Assembly (NCBI GenBank): GCA_017652705.1
Contig: JAGCAM010000079.1
Coordinates: 11,475 to 75,474 of the forward strand
Length of the DNA: 64,000 nucleotides
Source of the DNA: Kiritimatiellia bacterium
GTDB lineage: Bacteria; Verrucomicrobiota; Kiritimatiellia; RFP12; UBA1067
Reading direction: 5' to 3'
Shown: in pieces, positions 36,867 to 46,360 of the stretch
Layout of the letters: every line of letters begins with the position of its first letter
How positions within the stretch are numbered: position 1 is the stretch's first letter
Position numbers and translations under genes: made by a program
The notes under the pieces: model-generated
Told to the model about the DNA's origin: nothing
The model's database searches: none
Seen by the model: only the letters and a program-made list of their open reading frames with translations

Positions 36867-37286
36867 TCAGGCGAAGGTGATGCGGCGGCTGTCGCCGAAG
36901 ATGCCGAACGCGACGCGGCGGGCGGAGGAGGGTATGAGAGACCCCGCCCGGTCCGGCCATTCCACCGCCAGAACCGCACCAGCGGCGAGATAATCCTCCC
37001 AGCCGACGGCGAGAACGTCTTCTTCGCCCCCGAGACGGTATAGGTCCATGTGAACGAGCGTAAGACCGTCTTCCGCCGGCGGGTGTTCCTGCACGATGCA
37101 GAACGTCGGGGAAGTTACGCGGCCGCGCACGCGCATCGCCGCCGCCAGCCCCTGTACGAAGGTGGTTTTGCCGGCGCCGAGGTCGCCTTCAAGGCAGACG
37201 ACGTCGCCGGGGCGCAGCCCCGCGGCGAACCGCCGCGCCAGTGCCCAGGTCGCTTCGGGCGACGCGGTCTCAAAGACACCCGTCAA
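36867..37286 (-). CDS. tsaE: tRNA threonylcarbamoyladenosine biosynthesis protein TsaE (YjeE ATPase).
   Basis: The ORF is 139 aa. The P-loop is LEGDLGAGKTTFVQGL. The context TSPTFCIVQEH is typical of TsaE. Confidence 0.85.
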   Translation of the reverse strand: MTGVFETASPEATWALARRFAAGLRPGDVVCLEGDLGAGKTTFVQGLAAAMRVRGRVTSPTFCIVQEHPPAEDGLTLVHMDLYRLGGEEDVLAVGWEDYLAAGAVLAVEWPDRAGSLIPSSARRVAFGIFGDSRRITFA

Positions 37287-38199
37287 CGGAAAGCTCCCTG
37301 AAACAGTATTCGAGGTACCGCGGCGAAAACGCCGAAGAGTGCGGAGTTGTGATGCAGTTGTCGAGCGCGGCGAGTTCGGCGGCGTTGGAACCGAACACCG
37401 GCAGCGTGACCGTGTGCTCGTTTTTTCTGACGTCGAGATACGCCCCGGCGATGCGGCGCGATTTCAGCGCGGCGTACAGCGCTTTTTCGTCGACGGAATT
37501 GCCGCGGCCGACGTTGATCACCACGGCGCGCCGGGGCAGCAGTCTCAGTTTCGCGGCGTCGAGATAATCATCGGTGCCGGTCGTGGACGGCAGCGCCATA
37601 ACCAGCCAGTCGGCGGCGGCGAACGATTTTTCAAGCGCCGCGCCGCGCACGCGGCGCCCGCCGCGGAAGACTCCGTGCGAGGTCACGCCGGTGACGTCCA
37701 CCCCGAGCGCCCCGAGTTTGGCGCCGATCGCCCTGCCGACGTTGCCGTAGCCCACGACAACCGCGCGGGTGCCGGCGACCTCCCGGCATTTGTCGGAGAG
37801 CTCCACCCTCGGCCACGGTTTACGGAGTTCGGGACGGAAAAAACCGTGCGCCCAGGCGAGAACGAACGCGGCGACCGATTCAGCCATGATCGCGCCATGG
37901 AAATGGCCGAAATGCATTTTCACGCGGTCGGGAGCCGATGACGGCAGCAGTTCGCGGCCGGCTGCCGGCGTGGCGAGCAGCACGAGACGCGGCGCGAGCC
38001 CGAACCATTCTTCCCGGAAGTTCCAGACGATCGCGTGGGTCGCTTCGGGCAGACGGCGCAGGAATTCGCGTTCGCCCCTCACCCTGACCACGCGCCCGCG
38101 TCCGCCGACGAGAGACTGCAGAACCGCGAGCGAAGCCGCATTGACGCGGAAGCATTTCTCCGGCCATTCCAGCCACACGAGATAGACGTTATTCGTCAA
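37270..38199 (-). CDS. D-isomer-specific 2-hydroxyacid dehydrogenase family protein.
   Basis: The NAD-binding motif VVGYGNVGRAIGAKL is present. A catalytic His/Glu/Arg region is present. The ORF is 309 aa. Confidence 0.7.
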   Translation of the reverse strand: MTNNVYLVWLEWPEKCFRVNAASLAVLQSLVGGRGRVVRVRGEREFLRRLPEATHAIVWNFREEWFGLAPRLVLLATPAAGRELLPSSAPDRVKMHFGHFHGAIMAESVAAFVLAWAHGFFRPELRKPWPRVELSDKCREVAGTRAVVVGYGNVGRAIGAKLGALGVDVTGVTSHGVFRGGRRVRGAALEKSFAAADWLVMALPSTTGTDDYLDAAKLRLLPRRAVVINVGRGNSVDEKALYAALKSRRIAGAYLDVRKNEHTVTLPVFGSNAAELAALDNCITTPHSSAFSPRYLEYCFRELSVDGCL

Positions 38200-39874
38200 G
38201 CTGTCCCTTGTAAAAGACGCGCTTCACCTTGCCGATCGAGGTGCGGACGAGCGGCTCCTTCGAAACCACGACCTTTCTCACGCGCTTGTAGTCGGCGAGT
38301 TCGGCGCATTTCTCCTGCGCGCGTTTGACCGCGGTCTTTTCTATCTCCTCCCAGGGCGGCAGAACGCCGCCGTTCCGGCGCTTGAACCACTCTTCGTCCG
38401 GGTAGATTACCGCGCCCACTTTTTCGCCCGGATCGCCGCCATGTGTGTATCCGACCACGACGACATCCTGCACGGCGGGTTCCTTGGCGATCATGATTTC
38501 GACTTCTTCAGGGTAGATGTTCTTGCCTTCTCGGTTGACGATAAGCGCCTTTTTGCGCCCGCGGATGGTGATGAAACCGTCTTCGTCCATGGAAGCGAGA
38601 TCTCCGGTGCGCAGCCAGCGGCCGCCCGCTCCGTCGTCGTCGAAAGCTTCGGCGGAGGCTTCGGGATTGTGGAAGTAGCCCTTCATCACGATCGGGCCTT
38701 TGATCTGCAGTTCGCCCACGCCCTGATCGTTCTTGTCGGCGAGCCGCACTTCTATGCCCTTCACCGGCAGACCGATGGTGCCTACCTTGGGCAGCTCGGG
38801 CGGGCAGACCGAGACCACCGGCGAACATTCAGTAAGGCCGTACCCTTCGAGGAACCGCACGTGGATGCGGTTGAAACATTCAATGACATGCCGCGGACAC
38901 GGTGCGCCGCCGGTGATTATGAACCTCAGCCTGCCGCCGAGCTTAAGTTTCACCATGTGCATCACCGGCCCGCGCAGACCGATGCGCATCAGGAATCTGG
39001 CGAGTTTCGATTTGGCGAGGCCGTCCTCGATTTTGTCGTGCAGCTTCTCGGCGAGCAGCGGCACGGCGAGCAGAACGGTCGGTTTCAAGTCGTGGATGTC
39101 GCGGCCGACGGTGCGCAGCGACTGGTTGAAGTACATTTTCGCGCCGCAGTAAACCGGCACGACGAAATTGGTGGTGAACGAAAAGGCGTGGAAAAGCGGC
39201 AGCACCACGAAAAAAGAGTCGCCGCTGGAAAGCGGGGCCCCGAACCGGGCGACGGAGCCGACGACGTCCTGAACGAAATTGTCATTGGTCAGCATCGCCC
39301 CTTTTGGCCTGCCGGTGGTTCCGGATGTGTAAATGATCGAGGCCACGTCGGCGGGAGCCGACACGTTGGCGTCGTACCAGGCGCCGCCCCCGGCGACCTT
39401 CAGCCTGGCGTATTCGACGACGTCGACGCGGCCGAGTATGCGCTGGCCTTCGCGCACCAGCCCGTCGACGATGACAACGCCGCGTAGATCGGGCAGATTG
39501 CCGGCGATCGTCATGATCATGCGCAGATGGGCGGTGTCGGTGGTGACCACCCTCACGCGGGCGTCGCGCAGAATGTAGGCGACTTCGTCGTTGTGGAGCT
39601 TGGGGTCGATCGGCACCACGGCCACCCCCGCGCCGCTCTGCGCGAGATACGACTCAAGCCAGATCGGACCGTTCGGCAGAATGATCGCGGCGTTGTCTTC
39701 GCGCGGGACGAGCGAGAAGCGGGTTCCGTAGCCCTCGGCAACCTCGCGCACACCCCGCAGCATGTCGCCGTAGCCGATGGTTTTCCACACGCCGCCTTCG
39801 CAGTGTTTGACCGCCACGTTTTCCGGCGACGCCGCAGCCCATTTCTCAAGCAAACTTCTGATTGTCATAGTCAT
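38189..39874 (-). CDS. AMP-dependent synthetase/ligase of the long-chain fatty-acid-CoA ligase (FadD) type.
   Basis: The AMP-binding motif is IIYTSGTTGRPKGAML. Adenylation core motifs include YGLTE and GDLASMDEDGFITIRGR. The start was chosen at MTMTIRSLL. The ORF track's TTG start at 39925 adds 17 residues. Confidence 0.8.
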   Translation of the reverse strand: MTMTIRSLLEKWAAASPENVAVKHCEGGVWKTIGYGDMLRGVREVAEGYGTRFSLVPREDNAAIILPNGPIWLESYLAQSGAGVAVVPIDPKLHNDEVAYILRDARVRVVTTDTAHLRMIMTIAGNLPDLRGVVIVDGLVREGQRILGRVDVVEYARLKVAGGGAWYDANVSAPADVASIIYTSGTTGRPKGAMLTNDNFVQDVVGSVARFGAPLSSGDSFFVVLPLFHAFSFTTNFVVPVYCGAKMYFNQSLRTVGRDIHDLKPTVLLAVPLLAEKLHDKIEDGLAKSKLARFLMRIGLRGPVMHMVKLKLGGRLRFIITGGAPCPRHVIECFNRIHVRFLEGYGLTECSPVVSVCPPELPKVGTIGLPVKGIEVRLADKNDQGVGELQIKGPIVMKGYFHNPEASAEAFDDDGAGGRWLRTGDLASMDEDGFITIRGRKKALIVNREGKNIYPEEVEIMIAKEPAVQDVVVVGYTHGGDPGEKVGAVIYPDEEWFKRRNGGVLPPWEEIEKTAVKRAQEKCAELADYKRVRKVVVSKEPLVRTSIGKVKRVFYKGQLDE

Positions 39875-39921
39875 AACTGATGAGATTATTCTACCATTTT
39901 TAAGCTTGGTTGTCCAACCGT

Positions 39922-40455
39922 TCAACGGGCCGGATTCTCGAATTCCCTGACGACGTCAAGCAGCTGCTCGGCGAGATCGGGGTCTGCCTCGAAGAGGTTG
40001 ACGTTTTCGGAATAAGTGTAACTGGAAAGGTTCGCCTTGGCGGCGATGAACCGGTCGGTGACCTCTTTGCCGGCCGACTTGCCGGTTTTTTCACGGTCGA
40101 GCAGGCCGAAATTCACGAGATTCTGGAAAATATCGTTGGCGGCTTCGGGGGTGATCTGCAGACGATGGGATTTAATGTCGCTCCAGACGTCGCTATTATA
40201 GCGCTTCGCGAAATCGTTCGAGACGAGCTCGCTGGAGCCCTTTTTAACCTCCACGAGTCCGTTGCCGTAAATCATGACGGAGACTCTGCGCGCGGGTTCG
40301 CGGCGGAGATTGTAGTAATGTACGGCCACCCAGTTGAGGGAGCTTTGAGACACCGTTATGTAGGGGTCGACCCAGAACGGGCCGCAACCCTGCGGCAGAA
40401 CGGCGGCCGAGACGGCCAAGGCCAGCAATACGGCGGTCAGCGGCGGTTGGCGCAT
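39922..40455 (-). CDS. Lipoprotein of unknown function.
   Basis: From the internal start the product reads MRQPPLTAVLLALAVSAAVLPQGCGPFW, a signal peptide plus lipobox. The upstream part of the ORF track's translation is Arg/Pro-rich and overlaps coaX. Confidence 0.4.
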   Translation of the reverse strand: MRQPPLTAVLLALAVSAAVLPQGCGPFWVDPYITVSQSSLNWVAVHYYNLRREPARRVSVMIYGNGLVEVKKGSSELVSNDFAKRYNSDVWSDIKSHRLQITPEAANDIFQNLVNFGLLDREKTGKSAGKEVTDRFIAAKANLSSYTYSENVNLFEADPDLAEQLLDVVREFENPAR

Positions 40456-41189
40456 ATCAGGCCGGCTCCGTGGAGAGTGAGGGTGGGATCGATCGTGAAC
40501 GGCAGATCGAGGTCTTTCAGCACCCAGCCGGCGAAACCTCCGGTGGCGACGAGCTTGAAGTCGCATCTGAAATTGCGGCGGAGCTGGGCCGCGATTTCAC
40601 GCACCATGCCGCGGTAGCCGACAAGGGCGCCGAAACGCATCGCGCCGGCGGTGGAACGGCCGATTTTCGGCGCCCGGCCGGCGCCGATTTTCATGCGCGG
40701 CAGTTTCGCCGCGCGTTCGAAAAGATAGTCGCGCATCAGAGGAAAGCCCGGCGCGATCACCCCGCCGCGCCAAACCCGGTCGCCGGTGACTACCGCCGCG
40801 GTAAGGGCGGTGCCGAAGTCCATCACCAGCACCGGGGCGCCGTAGCGCGAAACTGCGCCGGCGGCGTCGGCGAGACGGTCGGCGCCGATCGTAGCGGGGT
40901 TCGGGTAGTCGAGAACTATCGAAGCGCCGCCGACGCGCCTTGTGAAATCCCGGTGCGACACCGGTTTGAAGTCGAAACCTGCCCGGGCCGAAAACTCGGC
41001 CCAGGCGCGGTCCGCCGCGGGCACGACCGAGACGTAGGCGAAGCGCTCGGCTTTCGGCGCGAGGCGCGACGCGGCGGCGATCGCCGCGTCACCAGCTCCG
41101 TCGAAGTGCTTCACGCAGCTCACACGGCCGTCGGACCACAGTCCAACGGCCGTCGAGGTGTTGCCCACGTCTGCGACGAGAACCCTCAC
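40437..41189 (-). CDS. coaX: Type III pantothenate kinase (CoaX).
   Basis: The N-terminal motif is VLVADVGNTSTAVGLW. Type III PanK sequence continues throughout. The start is probably the GTG encoding V33 of the track's translation, because further upstream overlaps the DUF1080 gene. Confidence 0.85.
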   Translation of the reverse strand: MRVLVADVGNTSTAVGLWSDGRVSCVKHFDGAGDAAIAAASRLAPKAERFAYVSVVPAADRAWAEFSARAGFDFKPVSHRDFTRRVGGASIVLDYPNPATIGADRLADAAGAVSRYGAPVLVMDFGTALTAAVVTGDRVWRGGVIAPGFPLMRDYLFERAAKLPRMKIGAGRAPKIGRSTAGAMRFGALVGYRGMVREIAAQLRRNFRCDFKLVATGGFAGWVLKDLDLPFTIDPTLTLHGAGLICANRR

Positions 41190-42688
41190 AGCGCCTTGAT
41201 GAAGATGTTGCGCCACTCGGTCGGATCGCCGTGGCACTGCAGCTCGATCTGCTCGCTCGCCGGCACCGGTTTGTCCCGCTGCCACAGGTTTTCAAGCACG
41301 GTGTTGTCGACGACGAGTTCGCCGTTCAGCCAAACCGACACCTTGTCACCGCGCATGATCACGTGGAAACGATTCCAGTCGCCCACCTGCCGGTCGGCGA
41401 TTTTAAGTGCCTTCGAGAGATTGCCGGTCTTGGCCGTGTTGTTGTTGTAAAGGCCGCCGGAACCGATGTGCCACTGGTTGTGGGCGTCCCAGATCTGCAC
41501 CTGGGGCACACCGCGGAGGTAAAGCCCCGAGTCGCCGGTGATGGACATGATGCGCCAGTCGCACCACATTTCGAAATCGCCGTAATTGCGCTTGGTGGCG
41601 AGGGAATATCCGCCGCGGTAGCCGTCGAAGAAGAGGTTGCCGTTCCTGACATGCCAGTGCTCGTCGCGGCCCTTGTCGGCGATTTTCTGCATTTCGGCGT
41701 TCTTTTCGGCGGTGGCGGCCGCGCGCGTCGCGGGCTTGTCGAAACCGCCTTCGGTCGTGACGCCCTTCCACATCTTAGCGATCTGGCCGGGGCAGCCGTC
41801 GAAGTAGGTCTCGAAACCGGCGGGCGCGGCCATCTTCTGACGCGGACAGACTTCGCCCATCTTCGCGTCGTCGGGAAGCGGCTTGATGCGGATGTTCTTC
41901 CATTTCACGTTGCTGCCGTGGCCGAGCCAGCCGATGCGGCCGCGCCGGTTGTGGAGACCGGGGTGTTTGCAGTGGTCGGGAGTGTCGCCGTCGCCCTTGA
42001 ATTTCGAGAGGTCGGCCTTGGTGATCAGATAGCCGTTGAGATAAACCTCGATCTCGCTGCCGATGACCTTGACTTCCTCGAAATTCCACATGCCGGGTTT
42101 GCGCACGTAGCTGCCGCCGCCGGTGAAGTTTTTCTCCTTGCCCCAGATCTGCTTGTCGACGTTGTCGCGCAAAGACGGCACTACGCCGTAGACCGAACCG
42201 GTGTACTGGTAGGGCTTAAGCTTGTCGACCTTGTTCGAAGCGTCGTAGTAACTCGAACCGCCGTCGTCGAGCAGCTGCAGCTCGCACATCGCGTGGTACG
42301 CCGCGTCCTTGTCGGGGTCGGAGATGCGTATGCCGAGACCGTTGTTGCCGTTCGGCGGCATGGCGAACTCGAAGCGGAGTATGAAATTGCCGAACTCCTT
42401 CGCGGTGACGAGATCGCCGCGCTGACCCGGGGGCAGTTTGCGGTCGGGGAAGCACTGCAGCACCCCCGGTTCCTTCGGATCTACCCCGTACATGGCGGTG
42501 GCGCCCTGCCACCCCTCGAGGTCGTAGCCGTTGAAGAGCGACACGAAACCTTCGTTCACCGAATCGGGATAGACCCGTCCGCACTCGCAGGAAGGCGCAC
42601 ACGCGCCCTTCTCCGCGCTGTTCAAACCGCAGCAACCCGCGGTCGCCAGAACCGCGGCGCCCGCCGCGGCGATAGTTTTGATTTTCAT
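41186..42688 (-). CDS. Lipoprotein with two tandem DUF1080 domains (3-keto-disaccharide-hydrolase-like jelly-roll).
   Basis: A signal peptide with a lipobox (LATAGCCG) is present. Two repeats of the GFVSLFNGYDLEGWQG...WRNIFIK type are present. The start was chosen at MKIKTIAAAG, which gives a 4-bp overlap with nadC. Confidence 0.75.
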   Translation of the reverse strand: MKIKTIAAAGAAVLATAGCCGLNSAEKGACAPSCECGRVYPDSVNEGFVSLFNGYDLEGWQGATAMYGVDPKEPGVLQCFPDRKLPPGQRGDLVTAKEFGNFILRFEFAMPPNGNNGLGIRISDPDKDAAYHAMCELQLLDDGGSSYYDASNKVDKLKPYQYTGSVYGVVPSLRDNVDKQIWGKEKNFTGGGSYVRKPGMWNFEEVKVIGSEIEVYLNGYLITKADLSKFKGDGDTPDHCKHPGLHNRRGRIGWLGHGSNVKWKNIRIKPLPDDAKMGEVCPRQKMAAPAGFETYFDGCPGQIAKMWKGVTTEGGFDKPATRAAATAEKNAEMQKIADKGRDEHWHVRNGNLFFDGYRGGYSLATKRNYGDFEMWCDWRIMSITGDSGLYLRGVPQVQIWDAHNQWHIGSGGLYNNNTAKTGNLSKALKIADRQVGDWNRFHVIMRGDKVSVWLNGELVVDNTVLENLWQRDKPVPASEQIELQCHGDPTEWRNIFIKAL

Positions 42689-43590
42689 TTTGTCCTCCAT
42701 TCCAATGTTAAATCTATGGAACCCGCCGAGTGGGTGAGGCAGCCGAGGGATATGGCCGTCACGCCGGTCGCGGCGACTTTGCGGGCGGTCGCCAGGGTGA
42801 TGCCGCCGGACGCCTCGGTCTTAACTCTGCCGCGGCACATGGCGACGCAGCGCTTCATGTCCGCGCACGACATGTTGTCGAGCATGATCCATTCCGGCAG
42901 CGCCTTGAGGGCGCTCGCGCACTCGCGCGGCGTTTCAACCTCCACCTCCACCGCGAGCCGCGGAAACTTCTTTCTGGCGGCGGCGACGGCGAGGTCAAGC
43001 GCGTCGGGATCGCCGCCGCGCCAGAGCCGGCGGTGGTTGTCTTTGATCAGCACCCGGTCGAACATGCCGAACCGGTGGTTCGAACCTCCGCCGCACAGAA
43101 CGGCGTATTTGTCGAACATCCTGAGCCCGGGGGTGGTCTTGCGGGTGTCGAGTATGACCGTGCCGTAGTGCGCCGTGGCGTCGACGAACTTCTTCGTGAG
43201 CGTGGCCGTCGCGCACATCCGCTGCATGAAATTGAGCGCGGTCCGCTCCGCCGCGAGAATCGATCTCGCTCTGCCGCGGAAGACGAGAATCGGCTCGCCG
43301 CCGCGCACCGTTGAGCCGTCCTTTTTGAGTATCCGCACTTTCACGGCATGATCCACCGCCTTGAAAACCGCAGCGGCCACGGTCGCGCCGGCGACGACGC
43401 AGCCGGCCCCTCGCGCGTATATCTCGCCGTCGGCGAAGACGTTCTCCGGCACCAGCGCCTCCGAAGTCGCGTCAATGCGCCGCCGGGACGCCGAACCGCG
43501 GCCTCCGGGCACGAGGTCTTCGTCCAGCGCGCGCAGGACGGCCTCTTTGGCCGGCGCGGAGCGCATAACGTCCTTCATCTTCGCGGCCAT
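42685..43590 (-). CDS. nadC: Nicotinate-nucleotide pyrophosphorylase (quinolinate phosphoribosyltransferase).
   Basis: The 301-aa ORF has the QPRTase N-terminal domain and a TIM-like C-terminal domain, with motifs LDTRKTTPGLR and ILDNM. Confidence 0.9.
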   Translation of the reverse strand: MAAKMKDVMRSAPAKEAVLRALDEDLVPGGRGSASRRRIDATSEALVPENVFADGEIYARGAGCVVAGATVAAAVFKAVDHAVKVRILKKDGSTVRGGEPILVFRGRARSILAAERTALNFMQRMCATATLTKKFVDATAHYGTVILDTRKTTPGLRMFDKYAVLCGGGSNHRFGMFDRVLIKDNHRRLWRGGDPDALDLAVAAARKKFPRLAVEVEVETPRECASALKALPEWIMLDNMSCADMKRCVAMCRGRVKTEASGGITLATARKVAATGVTAISLGCLTHSAGSIDLTLEWRTK

Positions 43591-43591
43591 C

Positions 43592-43807
43592 TCAGGCGGG
43601 CATCAGAAATTCCCAATGCTGCCAGAGAATGTAAGTCAGAATGCCGGCTGCGGCGAGGGCGATCAGCCCCGCGACGCCGGCGCAGGCCGCCGCCTTGCCG
43701 CCCCCTGACTTGCGCACGGTCGCGGGGTCGACGGGGTCGAGCCGCAGACGGTCCGCGATTGACACCCCGCCGGGCGCCTTGACCTTCATCGTCTTTTTTA
43801 TTTTCAT
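43592..43807 (-). CDS. Small basic protein with a single C-terminal transmembrane helix (71 aa), function unknown.
   Basis: The product reads MKIKKTMKVKAPGG...AAACAGVAGLIALAAAGILTYILW. Codon usage is GC3-rich like the neighbouring genes. It sits tightly packed between the TIM-barrel gene and nadC. Confidence 0.4.
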   Translation of the reverse strand: MKIKKTMKVKAPGGVSIADRLRLDPVDPATVRKSGGGKAAACAGVAGLIALAAAGILTYILWQHWEFLMPA

Positions 43808-43875
43808 GTCTTCATTATACCACTAATCGCCGCCGGAAATCAACCCGGCGGCGATCGTGGTTTGCGGAATCACGC

Positions 43876-44868
43876 TCAGCGGAACCCCTTGTTCCGCAGG
43901 AATTGGTAGCTCGGCAGCACCGCCGAGAGGTCTTCGAAGTGGCGTTCGCACTCGACCACGTACCACTTGACCCCGTCGGCTTCTGTCGCCACGATGAGCC
44001 CGTCCCAGTCGACCGGGACTGCCCCGGGCCTGCCGGGCTGGCCGAGAATGGCGTCGAACTCTTTGACGTCCTTGCCCATGCCGTTCTCCTTAGCGTGGAT
44101 CGTGGGCGAGCGGTGCGGGTATTTGCGGAACTGCTCCTTGGGGTCGACGCCCGCGCAGGTGGACCAGCCGACATCCTGCTCCATGCAGACGTTCTGGCTG
44201 GTGTTGGAGAAGAAATAATCCCAGAACGAAGTGCCGTCGGTCATCTTGATGCCGTGTTCCCACGTGTGGTTGTGCAGGCCGATGCGGCAGCCGTACTTCG
44301 CCGCGACTTCGGCGCCCTTGTTGTAGAGTTCGACGAGACGCTTGGTGAATTCGTCGATCTCCTTCGTCGGCTGGCAGGTTTCGCCGCCCTGGCCGGTGGA
44401 CCATTTCGCGCCCGGGGGAATGTTGCCGCCGCCGGGGCAGATGATGAGGTTGTTGCCGTAGGCGAGGTTGAAATCGCACGTCGCCTTCATCACGTCGGGG
44501 TTGAACGACCATTCTGCGGTGTTGAAACCGAATTCGCCGTTGCCGACGTGGGTTCCGCAGGCGACGAGCCCGCTGTCGGCGAGCATCTTGCGCAGCGCGA
44601 TCGCGTCGTTGCCGTAGTAGCCGGCGAATTCCACGCCGGTGTAGCCGATCGCCGCGACGTCGTCGAGCGCCTTGGCGAGACCGGCGGCGGGAACAGTTTC
44701 CTTGCCGTCCTTGTCTTTTCTGCCGCCGATGTAGGCGTGGATGGAGTAGAGCTGCAGCGCGAGCCGCGCCTGAAGGGATCTGCCGCTAGAGCAGATGCAG
44801 CCCGGCAGCGCGACCGCGGCTCCGCCGGCGCCGATCGCCGACAGAAACTGTCTTCTTGATACGTTCAT
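43876..44868 (-). CDS. Tat-exported xylose-isomerase-like TIM-barrel protein (sugar phosphate isomerase/epimerase family).
   Basis: The Tat motif MNVSRRQFLSAIGAGGAA is present. The body is an AP-endonuclease-2/xylose-isomerase-like barrel (GYTGVEF, GLHNHTWEH). Confidence 0.8.
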   Translation of the reverse strand: MNVSRRQFLSAIGAGGAAVALPGCICSSGRSLQARLALQLYSIHAYIGGRKDKDGKETVPAAGLAKALDDVAAIGYTGVEFAGYYGNDAIALRKMLADSGLVACGTHVGNGEFGFNTAEWSFNPDVMKATCDFNLAYGNNLIICPGGGNIPPGAKWSTGQGGETCQPTKEIDEFTKRLVELYNKGAEVAAKYGCRIGLHNHTWEHGIKMTDGTSFWDYFFSNTSQNVCMEQDVGWSTCAGVDPKEQFRKYPHRSPTIHAKENGMGKDVKEFDAILGQPGRPGAVPVDWDGLIVATEADGVKWYVVECERHFEDLSAVLPSYQFLRNKGFR

Positions 44869-44917
44869 CTTTATTTTCCTTTCTTTTATTTTGGGTGAAT
44901 CTGGTCAAATCCTGTTG

Positions 44918-46315
44918 TCACCAGCCGGAGAGACGCGGCAGATTGAGCCGCCCGTTGGCCGGGGTCGATCCGTCGAACCTGCCGGCGGAGGCGTTCCAGA
45001 CAAGCTTTTTGCCCGAGTCGAAGAGCGCCGCGACGCCGAGCAGCGAACACTGCGTCATCGCGCCGGCGTACACGAAATCGCTGCCGACTTTCGGCCCGCC
45101 CGCGACAGCCCTCACGAACTCGATGTACGGCTTGTCGTCGGGTGCGTCGCCCGGTATGCGCTCGTACTTGCGCGGGGGCAGCGCGTTGTCGGCGCGCATC
45201 TTTTCAAGAGTGCGGTCCGGCAGCAGCCGCAGGAAGTTCGCCCCGTGGTGGCCGTACTCGATCACCCCCTTCGTGCCGTAGACGAACGCGCCGTTGCACA
45301 TCCAGTTGCGGCCGGCGCGGGCCTCCTTGCTGTTGTACGGCGGAAAGTACTTCATGTCGTCAAGATACTGCGAAGGCTTCGGCACGTCTTTGCACGCGAC
45401 GCCGTCGTACCATACGAGCTTGAACGGTTTGCCGTCCGGCTTCGTGTAGCAAAACGTCGTCTTCACCCCTTTGGGGAACGTGTCACCGTGAACTTCGGGC
45501 CGCCAAGAACCAACCACGTCGGCCTGCACGCTCAAAGGCAGACCGAAGCCGAACGTCCAGAAAATCGGATCCATCAGATGGCAGCTCCAGTCGCCCAGCG
45601 TGTTGCAGCCGTACATCGTCCAGCACCGCCACGTTCCCGGACAGTACTTCGGGTAGTACGGCCGGTGCGGAACCGGCCCCTGCCACTGGTTCCAGTCGAG
45701 CGTGGATGGAACCTCCCACTTCTTTTTGAGCTCGGCGAGGTCGTCCATGTACGAATACACGGCCGGGCACCAGATGTGCGCCTCGGTGACTTCCCCGATG
45801 AGCCCGGCTTCAATCCATTCGCGGAAGTCGCGGATGGTGTCGAAGGCGTGGCCCTGGTTCATCGCCTGGGTGACGAGTTTCGGATTCTCCTTCGCCGCCT
45901 TGAGCATCGACTCCATTTCACTGAAGCTCTGGCAAAGCGGCTTTTCGCACTGCACGTGCTTGCCCCGCTTCAGGCATTCGACCGCCATGGTGGCGTGCCA
46001 GTGGTCGGGCGTGCCGATCAGCACCGCGTCGATGTCGCGGTCCATTTTGTCGAGCATGGTGCGGTAGTGGGAAAAGAACGGCACGGCGGAGTGGGCCTTG
46101 CGCATCGCCTCGCTGCGCTTGAGGTCGACGTCGCAGAGCGCCACGAACTTCGCGCCGGCTTTTTCCAGCCCGCGCATGTCGTCGGCAGGTCGGCCCCCGC
46201 AGCCGATCGCCGCCATCTGCACCGTCTCATTGGCGCGGTAGGCAGTCGCACAGCCAGAAAATATCATCGGGAACCCGAACGCCGAAGCGCCCCGTATGAA
46301 TTCACGTCTGTTCAT
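44918..46315 (-). CDS. Tat-exported Gfo/Idh/MocA oxidoreductase, a candidate glycoside 3-dehydrogenase.
   Basis: The Tat motif MNRREFIRGASAFG is present. The Rossmann motif is VQMAAIGCGGRPADD. The ORF is 465 aa. Confidence 0.85.
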   Translation of the reverse strand: MNRREFIRGASAFGFPMIFSGCATAYRANETVQMAAIGCGGRPADDMRGLEKAGAKFVALCDVDLKRSEAMRKAHSAVPFFSHYRTMLDKMDRDIDAVLIGTPDHWHATMAVECLKRGKHVQCEKPLCQSFSEMESMLKAAKENPKLVTQAMNQGHAFDTIRDFREWIEAGLIGEVTEAHIWCPAVYSYMDDLAELKKKWEVPSTLDWNQWQGPVPHRPYYPKYCPGTWRCWTMYGCNTLGDWSCHLMDPIFWTFGFGLPLSVQADVVGSWRPEVHGDTFPKGVKTTFCYTKPDGKPFKLVWYDGVACKDVPKPSQYLDDMKYFPPYNSKEARAGRNWMCNGAFVYGTKGVIEYGHHGANFLRLLPDRTLEKMRADNALPPRKYERIPGDAPDDKPYIEFVRAVAGGPKVGSDFVYAGAMTQCSLLGVAALFDSGKKLVWNASAGRFDGSTPANGRLNLPRLSGW

Positions 46316-46360
46316 GTTGTTTTATCTCCTTTACCGGTTATGAAATCGACGACATCGGCG